Origin: Patellaria atrata CBS 101060
Taxonomy: Eukaryota
Direction: 5' to 3'
NCBI GenBank assembly: GCA_010093705.1
Contig: MU006089.1
Span: 477,570 to 541,569 of the forward strand
DNA length: 64,000 nucleotides
The position numbers and the translations under genes were made by a program. Shown here piece by piece: positions 1 through 10,604 of the stretch. The notes below the pieces were generated by a model. That model was not told the origin of the DNA. It did no database searches and saw nothing but the letters and a program-made list of their open reading frames with translations. Numbering within the stretch: position 1 is the first letter of the stretch; each line of letters opens with the position of its first letter.

Positions 1-2208
1 GAACCCGGACGGCGCATCCTTAGGATTAACCATATAATCGTCCTCATCCTCTGTGATATTTGTCGCCGGTTTCCTCGGCCCTCCCTTATGAACCTGGTAG
101 TTCTCCCTGTGATCCGGGTTCGCGCTGACGCCAGAGAAGAGCGTGTAGCGGGGGTCCCAATTGGAGGGGAAGTTTGTGCCTTCCGTGTATGTCAGGTTCC
201 CCGTGAGTATGTACTGCGACTCGCCGGAGTTCTGGTATGTGCCGATTGCGTCGCGCTTCTTGCGGTCCGTCGTCTGCGCGTTCAGGTACATCGTGTCGAC
301 GGAGCCCATGACGTCGAAGCCGTGGCCGTGGTCTGCGGTCACGAGAATAAGGGTGTCGTTGAAGGCGCCGTTAGCCTTGAGGTGCGCGATCGAGGCTTTA
401 ATCGTGTCGTCGAGTTCGAGTAGCTCGCCGAGGGCCCGGTCGTAGTCGAGCACGTGCATCATTTTGTCGATGGACGCGGCTTCAGACATGATGAACCATC
501 CCCCATCGCCGCTGCGCTCCTCGAGGATGTCAATGGCTTTCAAGGTCATCTCTTTGAGGCCGGGTTGGTTGGTAGCGTCATTACCGGAACCATCGGGGCT
601 GTTTTCTTGCCCTTCGAGGTTGTCGGTGTAGACGTTTCGGTCAAGCCATTTGGCCATGTTTGAAACGGAGAAGATTCCAAGAGTTTTGGAGTCGTTAGAC
701 GCGGCAGCAAGTTCGGTGGCATCTTGGACTACCTGGTAGCCCTTGTTGGCGAATTCGGCGTAGTAGTCCTTGTCCATGTATGTTTCTCCGCCGAGGGAAG
801 AATTGAAGATGTTCTCCGCACCTCCGCCAAACAAAACATCTGGTCCGTTCCATTCCGTCCATGAGTAATTAGTTATTCCATTAAGGAATGAGTCAATGAC
901 AGCGCCATATTCACTACGGGCTCGAGTATGCTACTGAAGTTAGGACTGATAATCGTGAATCCCAAGATATTACATACGGCGGTCAAAGCGGCTGGCGTTG
1001 CGTCTGCGATAAACGCAGTGCTTACGATACCAACGTGGCCGCCACAAATTCGGTGAAAGATTTCCGCAATGGTTTCAATCTTAGGATCATCGAACGGATC
1101 TGCACTGCTGTCACCGTAGACGCCGAGTGCGTTAACGACTGATTTGTGCCCAGTATACAATGCAGTCGCCGAGTTTGCGGAGTCAGTAATAAAAGTATCG
1201 AGGGAATGCGTCATTTGATGTCCTAATAAACAATTAGCTCTGTTTATACTCGAATATCAGAGGATATGTACCAAGGACTGGGAATTGATCCATCGCCTGT
1301 TTAGTTGTTAGGTGAATTCACTATATTATCAGATTGAGTAATCTCACCATCCTCGTCTGATATTTTCCATTCTTTTGCTTGTGGGCGATCAAGCGTGCGG
1401 CCTATCAAGCGTTAGATCTATCCCATACTCGGTCGTGCTATTAGGGGATAAGGGGAGCTATTGCTCTGCCACGCCTATGCAAAACTTACAGTGATCATGT
1501 TGGTTGTCATTCCGTCGCCGATGAAGAGAATGACATTCTTAGCCTTGCGGACCTCCTGAATATCCCTCACTAGCCAAGTCGCCTCGGAAGTCGTACCGTT
1601 GTTGTAAGTCAGGATGGCAGTGTATTCTCCAGGCTCATACAAGGCAACCTTTCGGTAGATCTTAGAAGCGACATTGACAATGGACTTGTTCTTAGCATCA
1701 CGAGCGAATAGATCTATTATTTTGTATGAGCAAGCGTTAAAATAGCCAGCTGTGCAAAGAGATTACCCACCCTCGTACCACCCAAACGACCAGCTCTCGA
1801 GCTCTGGCTCTTCAAGACCGAAATACGCGGCAGCAGTCTGCGCCTCGGTATCAGAATCCGCTTTCGCGATGGTGAATATAAAGTTCTCATCTGGTTCTAA
1901 ACCATTGGCTTCTGAACCATTGACTGGCGCGTGAACTTCCAAGCGGATGTCGAAGTACTGTCCAGCTAGGAAGTCGGCTCTACATTAGATCAGCATTGCT
2001 CCCTGAGTACAGGAGGACCTAACATACTGATCGGGAGGGAAGATGCAACCTGAGAGAGAGTCAATTATCAGCTCGGCCTCCCCACTTCTCGATCAATTGA
2101 CTTACCAAGTTCAGGGCAGGCTCCAAGTCTCTGAAAGGTCTGAGCATAGCCTTTTGCGACAAAGGAAGCAGCTAGCACCGCAAGTAATGAGCTCTTAGAA
2201 GCAACCAT
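1..2208 (-). CDS. Secreted alkaline phosphatase (multi-intron, 3' end outside window)
   Basis: ATG at 2208 gives the signal peptide MVASKSSLLAVLAASFVAKGYA. Spliced exons encode NVILFIGDGM, the catalytic-Ser motif ITDSANSATA, ADATPA and MSEAASIDKMMH. Confidence 0.92.
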
Positions 2209-3386
2209 AGCTGCAATGAGGGATGTAAAGGATCAGGAGAAGCTGGAAACCCATGATCGCACTGGGTCTTAAGGTTTTTATAGCTGTGAGAAGCTCCCAA
2301 TAGTTGGGACCTGCAGATCTCCATGGACCTCTGGGACGGGATTAATGAGTAGCTTTACAGCTCACGACAAGGGAAGCTACATGGATCCATTATGATGCTG
2401 TGGAGCCAGTGGGTACGACGTGCATACTGCCCGTGGTCGTAATGGGCATCTCTTACTGCTCAACGCAATATATTCGGCCTGTAAACCAAGATTTAGCGGA
2501 TGAGTTTCGTGCATGCTAACATTGAACTACACCTTCCTAATGTAGCAATCACCTATCTATTCTATCCAGTGACAGATGGGCCGACAGGCTGGGGAACGAG
2601 TGAGAGTGCTACAATCTAACATCGTGTCAATTTGATAGCAAAGTCCGGGGCTAAACGTGCGAAAATGGTGGAAGCTTATTCGCTCTTTGAGAGAAGAACA
2701 CCCGCCTCGGCAATGCTTGATGCTCATCCTGTACAGCCCCTCGGAGGCCTCAAGCGTGGAAAGATTGAAAAGAAAAACCCAGAGACATGGAAGAAATTGA
2801 AGAATGACGAAAGAAATGGAACCGGGAGACAGGAAATCGGCATTTAACTAAATCTGTTCATGAGATGGGAAGGTCAATCGTCATGAGTCAAGTTGGTCGC
2901 GAAAGCAGCTGATTGCGCGACCAGAGGTTCACCATATCATCGTGCTAAACCCTTTTGAGCAGTAACAGTAGCTCTCATATTGTCCTGATTCTGGAGAAGT
3001 TGAACGTTGGTGCATATTGATACATTTCAATTCTTCTTAATGTCCCAACTACTAAGTCTGAAAAAACCTAATGTCGGATTAGAACTAGAAGCAGTTTTCC
3101 AAGCCTCTCAACGATACCCTGACTTCACGCTAAAACTGTAAACCCAATACAAGCTGTTATCCAGGTTCTCTATTCTTTCCTAGACGTATATCTTGTTAGC
3201 ATAGATGTGACCAGATTCTCATAGCTCATTCCCTGCCAGTACATTCCCTTTAGAATTGCAACGTTGGTGCAACTCCGAACTGCTTCGACACCCAGTAGCG
3301 TACCCCTAGATTATCTTACCAAATCACCTTATGACAACTCTATGAGTACCGGATGGTTTTACCAGATACACATTTCATCTCTTTAC

Positions 3387-4403
3387 TTATTCTTCTCGTG
3401 CTTCTTCCGCACCCATATAATAACCTTGCATCTCCCATCTCTGTTGCTGCCATATTTCCTTCAAGACTGGATCATGTGTCGGATCCCCGTCCCAGTATTT
3501 GGCATGAAAACTTGCAGCACCCCCTCTCAAGTCGTTTTCTGTCGGCCAATTCATATTCCATGAATACAGAAGTTGTTGCCATGGCATATTCCCATCTCTA
3601 CGATGAGCGTAGTTAAACAGGTTCTGCTCTGGGAATCCAGGATCGAAACGACCATTGATGTTGATTACACTGAGGTAATAATTGAATAGCTCTTTGGAGG
3701 GCTGGAAAACGAAGAAGCCTGCGTTTAGGTAATCTCCTGGTTCGGGAGGATAGGGGTGACTGTACCCGCCGGCATCGGTCTTACTGGCGAACATAAAGGT
3801 TGCCGGGAGGGGCGCTTCGTCGTCTTTGGTCTGACTAGTGATGTTCTGAGTTGCCATCACCATGGTGGCATCGTCTTCAAACACGCCCTCGAGCCGTTTG
3901 ACGACCAAATGATCTGCGTCGATGAAGCAGATTTTGGTGTATTGGGTCATATCAAATAACCGCAATTTCGATAACACATCCTTCCACCTCTCGATCTCCG
4001 TATGTACAAATTCAGATGTAATTTTCTCTATAGTTATTACAGTAGCACCATCCTTGGTAAGTCGATCGCGCTTCCGTTGAGCCACATCCTCAGTAACGAG
4101 GACTAAGAACGGAATATCGCGTCGGGATCGCGTGGTCGGAGAATGAAGTAGCTTGTAAGCAAGCACTCGGGCACCCAAATAATAACCGTCTTCGTCGTCC
4201 GGGGTTGTGGACGTCTCGTCCCCTGGCTTTCCAGCTAGGAATGTTGCGAATGCTAAAGAAGGCTTCTTCGAGGTTAGGGGAGTGGAGCCCTCAGGCCAGG
4301 ACACTTTTCCGTGAGGAGAATGAACGTTGTATGAGATGATAGCAGAAGCGAGGAAAAGGCTAACGCAGATGAAAACCGCACGATATGAGGAAAATACTGT
4401 CAT
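3387..4403 (-). CDS. Glycosyltransferase family 8 (type II membrane, glycogenin/Gnt1-like)
   Basis: Intronless 338 aa ORF with an N-terminal TM helix, LSKLRLFDM, the DxD motif FIDAD, LNAGFFVFQPS, PEQNLFNY and HAKYW. Confidence 0.9.
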   Translation of the reverse strand: MTVFSSYRAVFICVSLFLASAIISYNVHSPHGKVSWPEGSTPLTSKKPSLAFATFLAGKPGDETSTTPDDEDGYYLGARVLAYKLLHSPTTRSRRDIPFLVLVTEDVAQRKRDRLTKDGATVITIEKITSEFVHTEIERWKDVLSKLRLFDMTQYTKICFIDADHLVVKRLEGVFEDDATMVMATQNITSQTKDDEAPLPATFMFASKTDAGGYSHPYPPEPGDYLNAGFFVFQPSKELFNYYLSVININGRFDPGFPEQNLFNYAHRRDGNMPWQQLLYSWNMNWPTENDLRGGAASFHAKYWDGDPTHDPVLKEIWQQQRWEMQGYYMGAEEAREE

Positions 4404-5495
4404 TGTAGAAGACCTTTGCTCAGGCCGTTTGGAGTTGCGTCTCCTACAGTTAACTCAGATATCGTAATCAAACGTCAAGATCGGTGGATGAAACAGATGT
4501 TCATCTGACTTGGTAAAACCTGATGACGCCAATCACAATAAGGGTTGAAGAGTTGTAATGGGAGTCTGAAATGAGACAGCCTACTGAGACTGTTTTTTTT
4601 TTCGTCGCCGTTGATTCGACCTTCAGCTAAGTGGTTGACGTAGAGAGAAGCACCCATATAGTTTGTGACTCACTTACCCTTCAACCATCAATGCCTATAA
4701 AAAAAGGGGAGAGAGGAAGTAAAGAACTGCATAGCGTAAAAAGCAGACCGAATTGAAAGTTGAAAAAAGAGAGGAACTGAAAAAAGACACGATGAAGTGG
4801 AATTCATGCCGGAATTCGACGCCTGCAAGGCACGACATGACCTTTCGTAGCACAGCCAAGCATTCCTGAACTCACCCTTTTGAGCTTATCAATATCCACG
4901 TCCAAAGGTGGTTACCTTAGTTCTGCTGTTGTGTGACTTGTCTCTGTGTGGAATAAGGTTGGGCTGATAGCTGATAAGGTACCCGTTTAAGGAGATGTTT
5001 CCACGCTGTGTTTTAACTACTGTTAAGACATTAATAAACGTGGGATTCAATCTAGATAAGGAACGAAAAGTGGTGCAAAAGCGCGGTTTTGTGGAGCTGA
5101 ACTTTGGAAGGCTTGGGAGAAAAGTAAACAGACCGAGTTCAACTTAGTATCAACGCAACGCAAGACTTAAGAATAAATGTTGAGATACTTCCCAAAGTTA
5201 CCACTGAGATGTTTGTTCTGATGATGGTGATTTCACCTTCTACAAAATTGCTGATGGCGAGTTATGCATCTAGAGGTGGTTGACTATTTTTGCGTGGCAG
5301 CGAATCTTTTTCTCCTAAAACCTTCCTATGTTTAGCGATAGAGCTAGCCACAAATAGAGGATCTGCGCTAGGTGTAGAGCAGCGGCTCTTGAAGCTCTGA
5401 GAGGAAACACGCGAGCGACTTCTGAGAATAATATACAATAGATTTTACTATACGGAGTACTGAGGTCTCTCCCAATTGATCCAAAACTCCAAGTC

Positions 5496-6594
5496 TTAGC
5501 CCGAAGCTAGGTGTATCACCCACTCATGCCTAGGATCCTGTCTCCCTCTCCTGAAGAATTCCTCCATATCCTTTCTCTTGTCATATAGCTTCATCAGTTC
5601 CTCCGGTCCCGTTTTCCAAAATTTCTCATGTAACGTAGCAACACCTCCCATCAGATCCTTCTTACTCGGCCACGTTGCTGACCACCTCCAATCCAGCTCG
5701 ATCCAAGGCGTGGCGTCCTCTCTTCGAAAAGCATAATTAAGCAAGCTTTGCTCTATCGTATGCGGATCAAAACTTCTTCCAATGCCGCATAATCGATATC
5801 AAATACTTGAACAACTCCTCCGAAGGTGCCGCTACCCAAAACCCCGCGCTGAAGATGGGCGTCTTACCTGGGGGGACCTGATGCTCTCGTTCTCCCATGA
5901 ACGCATTGTCAGAGTGTGCCGCGAAGACATAGCTCGCGGGTAGCTTCTCCTCATCCCTCTTCACCTCCCGTGAGCGCTCAAACAGCGTCCGCTGCGGAGC
6001 ACCCACGTCCAGCTCTTCAAAAATTCCATCCACGGGCTTGACGATCAATGTATCCGCGTCTATGAACAACACGAGTTCGTATTCGACCATCTGTAGCAGG
6101 CGCAACTTCGTAAACTAGTCTTTCCACCTCGTTACCCTCGTCCTGATCCACCACGATAACGGGACATCCTGGACCTCCACAACCCGCGCTCCATCCGCCT
6201 CAAGTCGCAGTCTCTTGCACTCCGATACCTTATTGGTGACAAGGACTACAAATGGGATATCGCGCTTGCACTTCGTTTCCGGCGCCTAGAGTAGCTGGTA
6301 GGCTAATTGGCGGGTCGAAAGAAACTACTCATCGTCTTTGTTGTCATCATTGTCCGCGCTCAGGAAGATCGCAATGGCAAATTTGCTAGTTGAACGCGTC
6401 GCATCGATGCGACCGTAGGTAAGGTCAGATTCCGGCACAGGGAGGAAGCGAGGGAGTAGGAATTGGTATGCGACGTTTAGCGATGATTGTGGGCGCATCT
6501 CGCCAAGCACGCTATACCAACCGTGGTTAAACATCATCTGTTGCCTAATTTGGAGGTGCATGATGCGGCAGAACCGAAACCGAACTGGGCGCAC
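5496..6594 (-). pseudogene. Disrupted GT8 glycosyltransferase paralog
   Basis: Collinear with the GT8 at 3387-4403 (RDIPFVVLVT, KLRL, FIDAD, SAGFWVAAPS, EQSLLNYAFRR, HEKFW). In-frame TAG codons at 6325-6327, 6286-6288 and 6115-6117, plus a +1 T frameshift near 5768 (AAG TTTT GAT CCG). The 5' start is uncertain. Confidence 0.88.
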
Positions 6595-6953
6595 GTGATG
6601 CTGCTGACTAATAATTACCTTTTACGTCAACTATGATAACCTTAAGGTATTAATAGCCAAGTGATAACCAAACCGAAAAGAACATATCTGAGTCCCTAAT
6701 GATGAAAGGTAAGTAAAGCTGTTATATAGTAAGGTACAGTGAGTACAGTTAAGTAGGCTGGTCCTGATTCTCGAGGTTATTAGTCATCTTGTACTGTAGC
6801 ATTTAAGGTAAGCCTTCCATCCGCTCATACAGTCAGGTAATTGTGCAATTGCTCTACCTATAAAGGGTTTTCATCCATTGATATTTTCTGCTATACTTCT
6901 ATAGACGCTTCCAAGATAATTCTATTGCGTACTGTCCAGCTTTGTCGCACAAA

Positions 6954-7708
6954 ATGTCCACCGTCCTAATTACCGGTTCCGCCTCAGGCTTGGGCCATGA
7001 ATTTATACGCCAGTATCAAGTCGACAGTTCAGTCAAGCAGCTTATAGGTTTAGACAAAAACTCCACAGACTCCAACTTGGACGTATCGAATGAACGTCCC
7101 GTCGGCCCAAAATCCGTACACTACCCGCGCGGGGATCTCACCTCCAAAGAGGACTTAGATGCACACATGGACTTTCTGCACGATGCCCCGGTTCACACTG
7201 TTATACACTCCGCTGGAATTCGTGGCCTAGTCCCTTCAGCCGTGGAACCCAATCCCAACGACGTCGCCACTGCTGAAACTTTGAAGACATGGATACTGAG
7301 ACCATGACGCGCACGTATGCGATAAACACGGTAGCGACCTTCGAGTTTATACGACGTTTAGTATCAAATCTCCGTCGTGCAGCGACGAGCGGTGTGGTTT
7401 CCAAGGTCCTGGTGATGTCGTCGCGGATGGGTTCAATCTCGAACGATCCGATCGGAGGGGGATACGCATATCGAGCGTCGAAGGCTGCGTTGAATGCAAT
7501 CCTCAAGACCTTCAGCGTTGATGTACCGGAAGTGGTTTTCGTTGCAATGCATCCTGGTTGCGGGGAGACCGGGTTGGTGAAATATAAGGAGAAGGGTGCT
7601 ATAAGCGCGAACGAGAGTGTTACGGATATGCGGGATACGATCGAAAAACTTGATATTGGAGACAGCGGTACTTGCGTAGATAGGTGGGTGGAAAAGATTG
7701 AATGGTAG
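6954..7708 (+). pseudogene. Short-chain dehydrogenase/reductase (CsgA-like) with a 1-nt frameshift
   Basis: Frame 1 carries TGSASGLG (Rossmann motif) and HSAG. Frame 2 carries SSRMGS, YRASK and MHPG. The junction TTG AAG AC ATG (7281-7291) lacks one base and shows no intron signals. Confidence 0.78.
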
Positions 7709-7877
7709 GAAAATGACGCTGTTAATAAGATGTTGATTTTGACGGGAGTCATATCTCTTGGTATTGAATTTCCAGGATAGCATGCTGAATTAGATAGAGG
7801 TCGGTGTCAATCAATCCATCAAAGCTGACACTTCATTCTCGCCAGAGCTGCAGAGGGCTCTCCATCTGCATGCGCTT

Positions 7878-8699
7878 TCACCTATATGCATCAGCGTCTA
7901 CTTCTCCACCGGTAACTTCCCCCAAAACCTCCATCCCTTTGCTGAATTTCATGACAATGTCACTCAATCCCGCAATCATATCACCTCCATTATTTTCTCG
8001 AGCATCTTGAAGTAATTCCCGCCCACTGTTGTACGTAGATTGAAGTTCCGTGCCTTGTATGCGCAACATAAGGCCCGCTTCTCCCGCCTGCCCCTCGCTT
8101 TCGTCCCACGTCGGTGCGATGTCGATTCCAGCTTGGATAATCTGCCACTCCTTATCCAAGCTTTGAGTTTGTATGACGGTATGTCCGTCAGCGGCTACAT
8201 CAACAACGAGGTATCGCTCCTTGCTGCCTGCTGGTGGTTGTCTTGCTGAGGTAGAGTCTCGATCGTTTGTGCTAGGATGATCTGTTGCGCTATCTTCTAC
8301 AGGATCATACCCAGTCAGAGCATTGATGGATATGGCTGTCTGTACTTCAGGATCATCATCGGCAAAGACATAATGAACTGAAGGATGATAGTGTTCACCG
8401 TTAACGGCGTCTTCGATGAGAGTGAAGAAAGGGTTGAAGTTAGCTGGAGGAAGTAGGTGCTCATCCACCGTCTCTATATAGTCAGCGGTAGTATCTTCCT
8501 CAGTCAAGTCTTCTCCTTGGTGGTCTCTAGCAAAATCAAGATTGGACGTATCGTCTCCGGACACGTGACGCTCGGGGTAGGGAAATAATCCTTCTTCAGG
8601 GCTAAGGGGTTGATGTTCATCGCGTATGTTATCCTTCCCCTTTGGAAATACGGAAGGCAGGAGCTCTTGTGGAGTTGCTTTGTCTCGATCCACGGACAT
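7878..8699 (-). CDS. Conserved-looking acidic hypothetical protein (possible remote Atg31 homologue)
   Basis: Intronless 273 aa ATG-started ORF with ordered blocks FFTLIED, HPSVHYVFADDD, ERYLVVDV, LMLRIQG and a C-terminal amphipathic helix. Confidence 0.75.
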   Translation of the reverse strand: MSVDRDKATPQELLPSVFPKGKDNIRDEHQPLSPEEGLFPYPERHVSGDDTSNLDFARDHQGEDLTEEDTTADYIETVDEHLLPPANFNPFFTLIEDAVNGEHYHPSVHYVFADDDPEVQTAISINALTGYDPVEDSATDHPSTNDRDSTSARQPPAGSKERYLVVDVAADGHTVIQTQSLDKEWQIIQAGIDIAPTWDESEGQAGEAGLMLRIQGTELQSTYNSGRELLQDARENNGGDMIAGLSDIVMKFSKGMEVLGEVTGGEVDADAYR

Positions 8700-9200
8700 A
8701 TTGCTGTGAGGTTGAGGTTTACTTTAAGAGACTAAAAGATCTTAGACAGCATTTCTCAGAAAAGAACAAGCTCTATCATGAGTTACGTAGTAACGGCCTT
8801 AAGCTATGTTCAAAAGTGGCCTTCAGCAGCCCAGGAAGTTCACTTGTTGTACTGTAGGTACAGTTAGGCTGCAGTTTGCTTGAGCTGTGAGGTTACCGTG
8901 AGGTACAGTTGTAGGTTGAGCTACGCTTATGTAAGGCAAGAACTACCTGAGTTCTAACAAGTCGCTTATAGTTGCCTGTCCGTTTCCGATGGACCAAAAT
9001 CATCCTTATATTATTTAGTATTGAGAGGGTCACAAGTGAAGAAATATCTATGTTATCATTGGATCAAATTCGATTCATATTTGTAACGATCGTCAATGGT
9101 AACTAACTGTGGCGTATGAGAGAGACAATGTATACCCTTTTCCATCCAAATAATGGCACCTCATCTACGGACGACATCAAGTTGTACTTTCTCCCTGAAT

Positions 9201-10604
9201 CTACTCCGTGAATGTAGAGCCAATAGGGCCAAACTTGATGTTAGAATAGGTGACAGATGCGCTAGCGCTCTGTGACTCCACATCAGCTGGGACCCCGGAA
9301 CTAGTTGCACACTCGCCACGCTCGAAACCTGGACCAGAACCATCCGTTGGGTAAGTGCTATCAAGCCAGAGCATATTGGCGTAGTGATCATCCCACAAGC
9401 TCATTACCAGCACCATTCCCTTGGACATCGCTGTGCTCATAGATTGGAAACCTCCTTTCTCCTTATAGCCGTAGTTATCTTTGAACACTGCCTTTTGAGC
9501 ATCGCAGAATTCATTAGTGATAGAGTTGAAACCCTCAACACCCTCGATGGTTGACATGGAGTTGGGGATAGTTTTGCCGTTTTGGACGTAGAAGCGTTTG
9601 ATTTCCGTGAGCGGATTACCAATGAACTGAGTGACAACAGTAAACTTCTTGCTGGTATCCACTGTCTTGCCCTTGCCGTAGAAGGTCTTGTCGCCCATGC
9701 GATAGGAATTGAAATCGCATCCATCTGGATCACAATCACCGCCGTATCGATCTGCAGAGTATGTTCCGCCGCAGCTATCCCCACTGCACATATGTTGTGC
9801 GGTATCCCTGCAGGAATGTGGTGTCACAGCAGTTGACACGGAGTTCGCCTCCCAAATGTCCATTTCGGCGCAGCAAGAGCCATGCTCACCTACACCAGCG
9901 TTCTGGTCATTCGTCGAAGGTGTCCAGCCTTCAACATTAGCCTACAGATGCATGTTAGTCTAAGAGCACTACTGCATCAGTGGAAGGCTTACTTGGCCAT
10001 TGATAAACTTCAAATCTCGAGGGCACTGAGCATCACAGTATCCCGTGCCGTATTTAGCTCCAGCTTTATTGGTAGAGTACTTAGCCATACCGCCATCTGC
10101 GTCCATGGAAACGAAGTACAGAGCTCCATTTAAGCCGCATGGAAGGTTCGAAACGTCCACATCGAATGTAAATTCATTGTTCAGCAGATTGAACATTTGA
10201 TATTTGGTGTCGCTCTCCATCAAATATGTCCGGGATCCAATATTGGTTGAGTATTGACCCTCAGTAACAAATGTGAGCTTTAAGGAGTTTGATCCGGCGT
10301 TGATACCATAGGTACCAGTATAATCGGCACCATCAAGAGCACAACTTGTAGCACATGCTGCATTGTCACTGCAAATTGTGCTATTCCACTCGTTGTCAGT
10401 ATAACAGTTGGTATACCCTTCTTTGGTGTGGAGCCATCTCCAGTTTGCGTCAAGAACGATTTTGCCTTGCTTGGATGAACAACTTCCGCCACTAGAGCAT
10501 TGTTGCCATGTCATGCCGGGGTGCGTTTCAGTCTGCTGCGTGCCAACAAGTTGGCCGCGAGCAAGAGCTGCAAGAGAAGTAGCGAGAAATAGACTGCGAT
10601 ACAT
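9201..10604 (-). CDS. cbh1: GH7 cellobiohydrolase I, catalytic domain only (no linker/CBM1)
   Basis: Signal peptide, [16 protein letters not shown], catalytic [20 protein letters not shown]. One intron 9942-9992 (GTAAGC..CTAAC..TAG) joins FINGQ to ANVEGW. The protein ends GPIGSTFTE. Confidence 0.96.

Noticed and set aside
2654..2659. Pho4/NUC-1-type CACGTT site upstream of the alkaline phosphatase
   Set aside because: A single 6-mer is expected by chance and there is no conservation evidence.
6115..6327. Stop-codon reassignment or A-to-I restorative editing of the three TAGs in the GT8 paralog
   Set aside because: The positions correspond to different expected residues (Y, H/Q, Q rather than W). 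The gene also has a frameshift, and TAG is a normal terminator in cbh1, NPT1 and STE24.
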